Part shown: piece by piece, positions 28,912-36,470 of the stretch
Layout of the letters: each line of letters opens with the position of its first letter
Numbering within the stretch: the first letter of the stretch is position 1
Source of the DNA: Candidatus Micrarchaeota archaeon
Lineage (GTDB): Archaea > B1Sed10-29 > JAJRYS01
Assembly: GCA_964643685.1 (NCBI GenBank)
Contig: CAZXTN010000002.1
Location: 28,069-87,948 of the forward strand
Length of the DNA: 59,880 nt
Reading direction: 5' to 3'
The notes under the pieces: model-generated
Told to the model about the DNA's origin: nothing
Seen by the model: only the letters and a program-made list of their open reading frames with translations
Databases searched by the model: none
Position numbers and translations under genes: made by a program

Positions 28912-29096
28912 ACTTGGATTCAAATGTAAACATTTATGATTCTTCAGGAACACCAAACGGAGCAATTGCATTTGGAACAACAAGCGTCTCAGCAGGAAGC
29001 AGCAACTGGGTTGCAATAACAGGAAACACATCAGCAGTAAGCGGAAGCTACGAAGCACTAGGTGCAAATATACAAACAACACCATTCAGTTGTTAA
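28722..29096 (+). CDS. Archaeal type IV pilin-like protein, paralogue 3
   Basis: The first 63 aa are identical to paralogue 1. The middle is diverged. The C-terminal 'IQTTPFSC' is conserved. Confidence 0.8.
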   Translation: MKKGISPVVAVVLLIAIAVIAAVGVWYWVGAYTGQPNVTTSVKTFTVQKCNGTHVYVQNNGQEDLDSNVNIYDSSGTPNGAIAFGTTSVSAGSSNWVAITGNTSAVSGSYEALGANIQTTPFSC

Positions 29097-29129
29097 AAAA
29101 ACAATTAAATCTTCTTTAAAACCAGCAAA

Positions 29130-29170
29130 AAGAGCTTTTAAAAAGCTCTTCTTCCTTATTCTTTTAATTA
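29130..29170 (+). terminator. 9-bp hairpin plus T-rich tract after pilin 3
   Basis: AAGAGCTTT-TAA-AAAGCTCTT followed by CTTCCTTATTCTTTT. Confidence 0.5.
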
Positions 29171-29222
29171 AAAAACAAAAAAAATACTTTTTAATTTAAA
29201 AAATGAAAAAAGGTTGAAAAAA

Positions 29223-29633
29223 ATGGCTTTTGCAAGATACAGAAAAGGAAACAAACGCGAAGAAATAAGAAAAAGTTTATACATGGCAAAAGGAGTTCCT
29301 CAGGAAGTGATAAATGAATTAAGCAAAAAAGGAGAGGGGCATGTTATAACAAAAAAAGGAAATAAATGGTTAGTTGTTCCAAGAGAAGAAGCAATAAGTT
29401 ATAACAAGAATAAAAGAGGAAAAGTCATGAAAAGAGGACAACAGCCTTTAAAAATACCAAGAGCAAAAGCAGCTGAAAACTTGTTAAAAATAATAAAAAC
29501 AGAAAACCCAACAGTAACAGAGATAAGAAAATATGCAAGAAGAAGCGACATTTACTTTACGGACAAAGAAGGAATGAAGGACATAATATTTGAATTAGAG
29601 CAGATAATTAAAAAAGCAGAAAAGAAAAGATAA
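29223..29633 (+). CDS. Lys-rich hypothetical protein
   Basis: 136 aa from the ATG at 29223 (MAFARYRKG). Confidence 0.4.
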   Translation: MAFARYRKGNKREEIRKSLYMAKGVPQEVINELSKKGEGHVITKKGNKWLVVPREEAISYNKNKRGKVMKRGQQPLKIPRAKAAENLLKIIKTENPTVTEIRKYARRSDIYFTDKEGMKDIIFELEQIIKKAEKKR

Positions 29634-29718
29634 ACAAACACAAACCCCCCCTCTCTTTTTTTAAAAAAAATTAAAAACTGCTTATTTTTTATTAAACAAA
29701 AACGCTTAAAATAAAACA

Positions 29719-30558
29719 ATGGCAAGAAGACTATCTTTCATTGAAAAAAAGAAAGGAGAAATACAAAAAGAAATCCCTGTAACTGAAGAAAATTTTCCAA
29801 AAGTAGTGCTTAAGCCAACAAAAAAGCAAGTTGAAGAAGCACTTAAAGAAGCTGGAATAAAACCAGGGCAAGCACTCACAGAAGAACAGTATAATCTATA
29901 CAAAGAAAAATTAAAAGAACAAATGAAATTAAAAAAAGAGCTTCCTGAAACTGAAGAAGAGTTAATCACAAGAGCAGTAGCAAGAAGAATGTATGAAAAT
30001 AGAATATTAGAAGGTAGGATGGAAAATAGGAAGGTAACAAGAGAAGAAGCTAAGAACTTTATTAATATATTCCTAGGAAAAGAGGGAGTTGAAAAATTCT
30101 GGGAACAAAACCCTGACTTAAAAAGAAGATATGATAAAGCGATAGAAAAAGCAAGATGGACTCCTGAAAAAGCATTAAAAGAGTTAACAAAAGCAGAGTA
30201 TGAATTAGAAGAAATGCCAAGAGTGTATAAAGCATACAAAGAAGTTACTGAAAAAAACCCAAACATTGAAAAAAAAGACTTAATAATCCAATTAGCATTA
30301 AAAGGCATAGATGCAAGGGAAATAAGGAAAATAATTGACGATGAAAATTTAAGAAAAGAGTACCAAAAAGCATACGAAGAAGCTGAAAAAAGAAAAGCAA
30401 GAAGAAAAAGAATAGAACAAGAGCAAGCAGAAAATCAAATAGGGCAAACAAGAGCAAAATGGATACAAGAATACTTAAGAAAAGGATACCCCTTAAAAGA
30501 AGCTCTTGAAAAAGCAGATGAAAAAATCAAAGAAGAACAGCAAAAAAGAGAAAGATAA
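29719..30558 (+). CDS. Lys/Glu-rich hypothetical protein
   Basis: 279 aa of charged helical composition. Confidence 0.45.
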   Translation: MARRLSFIEKKKGEIQKEIPVTEENFPKVVLKPTKKQVEEALKEAGIKPGQALTEEQYNLYKEKLKEQMKLKKELPETEEELITRAVARRMYENRILEGRMENRKVTREEAKNFINIFLGKEGVEKFWEQNPDLKRRYDKAIEKARWTPEKALKELTKAEYELEEMPRVYKAYKEVTEKNPNIEKKDLIIQLALKGIDAREIRKIIDDENLRKEYQKAYEEAEKRKARRKRIEQEQAENQIGQTRAKWIQEYLRKGYPLKEALEKADEKIKEEQQKRER

Positions 30559-30624
30559 AAAAAGCTATTTCTTAAGGATTTGAAGTCATGAGAAATCGTG
30601 ATTAAATCGAAACCTTTAAATACT

Positions 30625-30645
30625 TGTCATGACTTAATCATGACA
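30625..30645. promoter_or_regulatory. Candidate operator: inverted repeat TGTCATGA-CTTAA-TCATGACA
   Basis: Perfect 8-nt arms between a TATA-like box (TTTAAATA, 30615-30622) and the ATG at 30655. A third half-site, GTCATGA, lies at 30585-30591. Confidence 0.55.
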
Positions 30646-30654
30646 GGTAATAAG

Positions 30655-31080
30655 ATGTCTGACAAGTTAAATGACTTGATTAAAGATAAGGTTGAGCAGG
30701 AATATAAAGATTTGGTTTTTGACATCAAATACGACAAGGAGCAGTTCAAGGACCCAATGACAATTGGTCTCCTGCTTTACAGGCTGACAATGGAACGCAA
30801 GAAAACAAACGAGCTATTCACCCAGATACTTAAAAAATTGGACGAACAGCACCCAGCAAGAACAACTGCTCGCGCGCCTAAAATTGAATTAAGCGAAATC
30901 GAGCAGAACATCATAAATTTTGTTAAGACCCGCAAAACAACGGACGCAGAAGAAGTTCAAAAGCACTTTGGTTACAAGGGTAAGAATGCTGCCTCCGCAC
31001 GGTTGAATTCTCTCTACAACCAGGGGCTTTTGAACAAGAAAAGAATTGGAAAAAAGGTAAAGTATTGGATTCAGGAGTAA
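30655..31080 (+). CDS. Winged-helix DNA-binding protein (putative autoregulator)
   Basis: 141 aa. The C-terminal 'IINFVKTRKTTDAEEVQKHFGYKGKNAASARLNSLYNQGLLNKKRIGKKVKYW' has an HTH-plus-wing pattern. Confidence 0.5.
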   Translation: MSDKLNDLIKDKVEQEYKDLVFDIKYDKEQFKDPMTIGLLLYRLTMERKKTNELFTQILKKLDEQHPARTTARAPKIELSEIEQNIINFVKTRKTTDAEEVQKHFGYKGKNAASARLNSLYNQGLLNKKRIGKKVKYWIQE

Positions 31081-31098
31081 CTGCCTCAGTGACGCATT

Positions 31099-31136
31099 AA
31101 AAAGAGGCTTTTACTCCACTACACCTCTTTTTTTAA
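31099..31136. terminator. Hairpin between convergent genes
   Basis: AAAGAGG...CCTCTTT stem followed by a T-run. Confidence 0.35.
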
Positions 31137-31226
31137 ATTTAATAAATCGATGATTCTAGCAATTTTCTTAAATTCTTTAAAAAAAGAAACTAGAGATAAG
31201 GAAAAGAGCTGAAATAAGAAAATTAG

Positions 31227-31799
31227 TTAATATTTTTTAGTCACGTACCTGTCAAGGCGGTCTGTCTTGTAATTTTCAACTATTACTCCCATTGACTTAA
31301 GAAATTCAACTCCTACTTTGTCAGGGTAAGTTCCTTCATACACGACTCTTTTTACTCCTGCATTTATAATCATCTTAGCGCAGATTAAACAGGGATTAAT
31401 TGTCACATACATGGTACTGTTAAGAGTGGATACGCCTTGCCTTGCCGCGTTGATAATTGCATTCTGTTCAGCATGCACTGCCCTGCAAATCTCATGCCTT
31501 GTTCCACTTTCAATTCCAAGCTGGTCTCTTAAACAGCCCAGTTCAAGGCAGTCTTTGCTTCCTCTGACAGCACCGTTATACCCAGTGCTGATAATTTCCA
31601 TTCCTTCTCCTACAAGCACTGCTCCTACATTATGCCTTCTGCATGTGCTTCTGCTTGCAACCAAGTGAGCCAAGTCCATGAAATAATCATCCCATGACTT
31701 TCTTTCAATTTTCTCACCTCTATCTTTTCCAGGAACCCCTTTTAAAAAAGCTTCAACCAAATCAAATTTTTCAAAGTCAATTTCTTCATCGCCAGGCAT
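31227..31799 (-). CDS. dCMP (deoxycytidylate) deaminase
   Basis: Zinc motifs 'HAEQNAI' and 'PCLICAKMI', plus 'GYNG'. The ATG at 31799 is preceded by AGAGGTGA. The ORF track extends to TTG 31841. Confidence 0.85.
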   Translation of the reverse strand: MPGDEEIDFEKFDLVEAFLKGVPGKDRGEKIERKSWDDYFMDLAHLVASRSTCRRHNVGAVLVGEGMEIISTGYNGAVRGSKDCLELGCLRDQLGIESGTRHEICRAVHAEQNAIINAARQGVSTLNSTMYVTINPCLICAKMIINAGVKRVVYEGTYPDKVGVEFLKSMGVIVENYKTDRLDRYVTKKY

Positions 31800-31837
31800 A
31801 AGATTTTCACCTCTTTTTGTAAAAACAAATTTCCAAC

Positions 31838-32473
31838 TCAATCCTTAAACAAGGGATAGGTTACTCCTGAAAATATTAAAGCAGAGAACCAAGTTAGAGG
31901 AGGAAGGGGGTAAAAAGAAGACAGCATGAAATATGAAAAATTAAAAACAACAATAAATAACAAAGAGTAAGCTAAATAGCTTAATTTAAATCTTGTTTCC
32001 TTTGATTTTATCTTGTTTTTGAACTTGAAAAGGTTAAAAACAAGGAAAAGGAAGAAGAACAGTTCTACAAAAGAAAAGATAAGCAAAGGCATGTTCATCA
32101 AGTCAACGTATTTTACAAAAAAACCTTGCTTTACTTGAAAAAAAGGAAACAGCAAGATAAAAAAAGACAAGGGAATTAATGAAAGCCAGTCATTTTTTTC
32201 TTTTTCAAGCTCAAAAATAGTCTTAGCTAGAAAAAACAAAGTAATTGAAATAAAAAAGTAAGAAAAAATCATTGCAATCAAGGCAGTTAATTCAGTTGAA
32301 GAAGAGTATTCAATCAAGTCGCTTAAAATCCAAAAACCAGATGATAAAATGAAATAATTGTAGCTCTTCCGCGCTTTGGTTTTTGATTTTTGCTGAATCA
32401 AGGTAAAAAAAAGAGTGAACAGGACAACTGCTGAGATTAAAAATAACATTGTGAACAAATTAAATTCAATCAT
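31838..32473 (-). CDS. Polytopic membrane protein
   Basis: 211 aa with ~6 hydrophobic helices. Same strand as, and directly downstream of, the paralogue triplet. Confidence 0.5.
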   Translation of the reverse strand: MIEFNLFTMLFLISAVVLFTLFFTLIQQKSKTKARKSYNYFILSSGFWILSDLIEYSSSTELTALIAMIFSYFFISITLFFLAKTIFELEKEKNDWLSLIPLSFFILLFPFFQVKQGFFVKYVDLMNMPLLIFSFVELFFFLFLVFNLFKFKNKIKSKETRFKLSYLAYSLLFIVVFNFSYFMLSSFYPLPPLTWFSALIFSGVTYPLFKD

Positions 32474-32534
32474 TTTTCAAAACCTTTTCTTTTTCTTTTG
32501 TTTTAAATAAAAAAAATAAAAAAGAGGAAGAGGG

Positions 32535-33443
32535 TTACTGCAAGTGGCATGTCTGCTTTCCTGTTATTTCCTGCACTGTTGAAATCCACATGTTAGGAAT
32601 GCATCCTGGGTCAAGAGAGAAGTAATAAACACTTCCACCCATTATTCCTTTTTGTTCAACAACAGCAGGGACAGTTGAAGTTGTTCCAGTTTCCTTGTTT
32701 TCACCTGTTAAGATGCTGATAGTTCCACCTGCTAATGGATTAATGTCAATCACTTTCAAATCTCCGCTGCATGTCGGCTTGTCTTCAATCTTAGTTAAGT
32801 TCAATTTCAAGCCATAACCGACATTAATAGGGTTATTCAAATCAACTATTTTTAAAACAGGGTCAGATAATTGCAAAACAGGAATTTCAGTTGAATCCAT
32901 TGAAGCTGTTCTTCTCAATTCAATAGGCACTTTAATATGCCCCCATCCATTATACAAAGCATCTTCAGGATCTTTTGTAGCTGCATCTCCTATAATAATT
33001 ACTTTTCCTCCTTCTTCTAAATAAGTTTCAACAGCTGTCCTAACAGGACGAGTGTACATCCTATCGCCAGCTAAAACAAGCAAGTCATAATTTCTCAGCA
33101 AAGAACTTTGAACATAAGTTAAGTCATCAGGATTAAACACTTGATATTGCATGTTACAAGCCCTACCAAGCTCACCGTCAAGCAAAGCTCTTAACTCAGG
33201 AGCATTAACAACTGTTGCTCCACTTTTTCCAGTTTCTTCCAAGCTTCCAATAACAGCAATCTTAATAGTTCCTCCATTATTACATAAAGCTGCATTCAAG
33301 CCAGGCACTTCACAGAAAACATTAGTTGTCTTGCCAACAAGCACCACAGCTATTAAAACTAAAATAATCAAAGGCACCAAGCTTTCTAAATACTTCCTGG
33401 AACCACTTTCTTCTCCGTAATAATACGGCAAATCACTAGCCAT
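32535..33443 (-). CDS. Signal-anchored 'YY-TM-CxxPG' protein, paralogue 1
   Basis: 302 aa. 'LPYYYGEES', a TM helix, 'FCEVPGLNAALC', then 'IKIAVIG', 'YDLLVLAG', 'GGKVIIIGDAA' and 'GGSVYYFSLDP'. AGGAGGT is the RBS. The start overlaps the upstream stop (TAATG). Confidence 0.6.
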   Translation of the reverse strand: MASDLPYYYGEESGSRKYLESLVPLIILVLIAVVLVGKTTNVFCEVPGLNAALCNNGGTIKIAVIGSLEETGKSGATVVNAPELRALLDGELGRACNMQYQVFNPDDLTYVQSSLLRNYDLLVLAGDRMYTRPVRTAVETYLEEGGKVIIIGDAATKDPEDALYNGWGHIKVPIELRRTASMDSTEIPVLQLSDPVLKIVDLNNPINVGYGLKLNLTKIEDKPTCSGDLKVIDINPLAGGTISILTGENKETGTTSTVPAVVEQKGIMGGSVYYFSLDPGCIPNMWISTVQEITGKQTCHLQ

Positions 33444-34285
33444 TACTCACTACCTCCTAATAAGTATTTAACAGCATTTTTAAACAAGTTAGGTGTCCTG
33501 CTTGGGTGATAAGCAAAATAAATAGTCTTACCAGTCACGCCACTTGAACCCTCAACCAAGCCATACTCAGATAAAGTCTGCGTACCAACACTTGATTCAA
33601 TAACACCTAAACTCCTACCAGTTCCAACTAAATTAACAGGCAAGTACTCAAAACTTCCAGTGCCTTGAATTGGGATTGACTGAGTAGGATTATAACCTTG
33701 GAAAATAGGGTGATTAATATCTTGGATCATGAACTTCATTTGAGAAACACTGTGAGAATCAAACTCGCAGTCAACTGTCTTGCAAGAAACAGGCACAAAT
33801 TCGCCCATTCCACCAGCAGTCCAGCCATTCAAACTAGGCTCCACTGCATCCTTGGTTCCAGCTGCACCAAACAAAATAAACTTCTTATTCACTAATGCTT
33901 GAGCTAAATAACCGCGGAAAGCATTAGGCAATACATCCTTCTCTCCATTCAAGCCAGTGTTCTCAGTTAAAATAATCAAGTCATACTTTTTCAAATAATC
34001 AGCATCACGCAAAGTATTAATCTCATCAGGCTTCAGAATCTCGTGATTGAAATTCAAGCCAACATCACTAAGCATCAGCTCAATATTAGGGTCATCTCCT
34101 ATAATCAGAACATTATGAACAGCTCCACCGCAAGCGATAGCTCCAATGCCAGGCACGCCGCAAAGCCACTGCATCTTCCAAGCTAAAACAAGAACAACTA
34201 AAACAAGCAGAAGCAAAGGAATAGTCAATTCAAACCTCCTTTTCCATCCTTCTTCATAATCATAATAAGGCACTTCTTCCTGCAT
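33443..34285 (-). CDS. Signal-anchored 'YY-TM-CxxPG' protein, paralogue 2
   Basis: 280 aa from the ATG at 34285, which is preceded by GGAGG. 'VPYYDYEEG', a TM helix, 'LCGVPGIGAIAC', then 'VLIIGDD', 'YDLIILTE', 'KKFILFGAAG' and 'GKTIYFAYHP'. Confidence 0.6.
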   Translation of the reverse strand: MQEEVPYYDYEEGWKRRFELTIPLLLLVLVVLVLAWKMQWLCGVPGIGAIACGGAVHNVLIIGDDPNIELMLSDVGLNFNHEILKPDEINTLRDADYLKKYDLIILTENTGLNGEKDVLPNAFRGYLAQALVNKKFILFGAAGTKDAVEPSLNGWTAGGMGEFVPVSCKTVDCEFDSHSVSQMKFMIQDINHPIFQGYNPTQSIPIQGTGSFEYLPVNLVGTGRSLGVIESSVGTQTLSEYGLVEGSSGVTGKTIYFAYHPSRTPNLFKNAVKYLLGGSE

Positions 34286-34366
34286 GACAAAAACAACCTC
34301 CCTCAAAAAATAATTATACTAAATTAATGAAAATAATATTTATAAAACCCCCTCATAAGCAAAAAC

Positions 34367-35683
34367 TCACTTCAAACATAAAGTAAACTCCAACAAGTTA
34401 TCAATCAAATTAAGCCCCCTTCCTTCTTTAATCAACTCCTCAGGTGGGAAAGCATAGTAAATAACCAAGCCATTAGTGCCTATGCTTGGTCCAACAGGAT
34501 TTGAAACAAAAATAGCAGGATAAGAAACGCCATTAAAATTATCACCAAGCTTCAAATTCATAATAACCTTAGTTCTAAATTCATAACCAGTCGTATCAAC
34601 AATAGTGAAATTGCCTACTCCAAACCAATCAGCACTTACACTTGACTCATAACCCCTAATCAATAAATGATTAGCAACAGGAGTTAAAAACAAGTTGCTT
34701 CCCTGCTCTTCATTCAACTGCCCTACATAATCAGCACCAAGCACAGTGCTTCCGAAATTAATAGGACGAGTAATCTTATTAGTGCTTGACTTGCTCGCTC
34801 CCCTATCCCAGTAATTAACACCTGAATCACAGTATAAATGAACATCTTCGCTTGTAATTTCAGAAATGCTCTTGCCTGTATTAGACTCAACTTTTGCAAT
34901 GCAATTCAAGATATCCTCAGCATTCTTAACCTGATAAGGATTCCTTGTAATTGACTCATCATTGCATAAAGTAACAGAACCTGAAGTCGCTTGCTTGTAA
35001 TAACTTTCATTTTCTTCAATAAACTTCATAACAAGCCCAGGAAAATCATGAGCACACAAGCCAGCATTCAACTCGCTTGGAGAATCAGGGGTATAAGGGT
35101 CAGTCCACTGCCCGCAAACCTTCTTCTTTACCAAAACAGCTTGCCCATTCTCATCAACAACAGTGCTTCCATTCTCATCATACTTCGGCATCATCTGCTC
35201 ATAAGCAGGCAAGAAACTGAAACTAACTTCCTTGCACAAGTAATCAGTATCACTTAACCTGCTTCCAGCATCACCAATCCAAACAAGCTTGCCTCCTTTC
35301 TTGACATAATCACGGAAAGAAGCCAACGCCCTTGAATCCATTGTCTTAGCATGCTCAACAATAACCAAGTCATAATTATCCAAAACCCCTCCAGTCAACA
35401 AATCACTTACACTCAACTCCATCGGAAACTGATGAGCCCTGTCAATAATAGCGCTTCTCAACTCCTCAGGATTACCAGTTCCATCAACGCCACTTACAAT
35501 AGCAATACGAGGATAACCCCTGATTCCATAATACACTTTTTCAAAACCAGGCAAATCACAAGCCCTCATATAACCAAAATTAACAAGCAGAAACAGCAAC
35601 GCTACAACAAGCACAATCAAGCCAAAAATCTGAGGCAAATTCTTACTCAAACCACCGCTACTGCTACCATAATAATTATACAT
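34367..35683 (-). CDS. Signal-anchored 'YY-TM-CxxPG' protein, paralogue 3 (with a Cys-rich insertion)
   Basis: 438 aa. 'MYNYYGSS', a TM helix, 'ACDLPG', then 'IAIVSGVDG', 'YDLVIVEH', 'GGKLVWIGDAG' and 'GLVIYYAFPP'. The start is leaderless, 25 nt from a TATA box. Confidence 0.6.
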   Translation of the reverse strand: MYNYYGSSSGGLSKNLPQIFGLIVLVVALLFLLVNFGYMRACDLPGFEKVYYGIRGYPRIAIVSGVDGTGNPEELRSAIIDRAHQFPMELSVSDLLTGGVLDNYDLVIVEHAKTMDSRALASFRDYVKKGGKLVWIGDAGSRLSDTDYLCKEVSFSFLPAYEQMMPKYDENGSTVVDENGQAVLVKKKVCGQWTDPYTPDSPSELNAGLCAHDFPGLVMKFIEENESYYKQATSGSVTLCNDESITRNPYQVKNAEDILNCIAKVESNTGKSISEITSEDVHLYCDSGVNYWDRGASKSSTNKITRPINFGSTVLGADYVGQLNEEQGSNLFLTPVANHLLIRGYESSVSADWFGVGNFTIVDTTGYEFRTKVIMNLKLGDNFNGVSYPAIFVSNPVGPSIGTNGLVIYYAFPPEELIKEGRGLNLIDNLLEFTLCLK

Positions 35684-35708
35684 AATAAAAAAATAAACGA
35701 AACAAAAG

Positions 35709-35716
35709 TATATAAA
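35709..35716 (-). promoter_or_regulatory. TATA box for the paralogue-triplet operon
   Basis: The minus strand reads TTTATATA followed by CTTTTGTT, 25 nt upstream of the ATG at 35683. Confidence 0.5.
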
Positions 35717-35767
35717 TAAAACCCCTTCCTTATACTAAATAAACTAAAAAAAAAAAGAGGGAATTGA

Positions 35768-35962
35768 ATGAGAAGACCACGCCACTTAACACAAGGAATA
35801 CACTCTAGAACAGCAAACCAACTTATAAGAGAACTTAAAGAAGCTTATGACAAAGCAATGAAAATGGCACAAGAAGAAAAAGAAAAAAGAAAAGCAGAAG
35901 AACAAGCAGCTTTCTTCAAACAACTTGACAAAATAGAAAAAACAAAACAATCACAAAAATAA
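35768..35962 (+). CDS. Small Lys/Glu-rich hypothetical protein
   Basis: 64-aa ORF. AGAGGG lies upstream of the ATG. Coding status is uncertain. Confidence 0.3.
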   Translation: MRRPRHLTQGIHSRTANQLIRELKEAYDKAMKMAQEEKEKRKAEEQAAFFKQLDKIEKTKQSQK

Positions 35963-36436
35963 AGTAACAAGAAGCAAAAATAGCACAACTGAAAACCAAT
36001 GCTCTTCAATGCTTCCTGTTCTCAGCAGCCGCAAGCCACGCTTCTTATGCCTATTCACTCCGCTGAAAGTCAAAGGCACGCCGCTTCTAGTCAAAGAATC
36101 AAGAAACAAGTGCCCTGCAAAACCAGTAAAAAAACCAATAGCATTTAATGTTGCATTAAAACCAAAATAAGAAGAAACAGGCGCAATCAAAAAAGAAATC
36201 AGAAAACCTGCTTCAAGAGTATGCAAGTAAGTCCTGTGCCCAATAACTTTCTTAACTGCTTTTGAAACATCTTTCAAGACAAAATTAAAACAGCTGATCA
36301 AAGAGCTTGGATGATCCAAGTCAGGAAACAAGCTGCCAAGCAAAACAAAAACAACAACAGTTGAAGGCAAAGCAAGTTCTTTCACTGCAAAAAAGCCGAG
36401 AACCAATCCGAACAATAAGTGAGTGCGTCCAAGCAT
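35951..36436 (-). CDS. Membrane-bound metal-dependent hydrolase (YdjM/DUF457 family)
   Basis: 'MLGRTHLLFG', 'FPDLDHPSS', 'GHRTYLHTLEAG' and 'GHLFLDSLTRSGVPL'. Confidence 0.7.
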   Translation of the reverse strand: MLGRTHLLFGLVLGFFAVKELALPSTVVVFVLLGSLFPDLDHPSSLISCFNFVLKDVSKAVKKVIGHRTYLHTLEAGFLISFLIAPVSSYFGFNATLNAIGFFTGFAGHLFLDSLTRSGVPLTFSGVNRHKKRGLRLLRTGSIEEHWFSVVLFLLLVTLFL

Positions 36437-36470
36437 GAGATGAAAAAAGAAAGAAGAGAATAAATAAATA

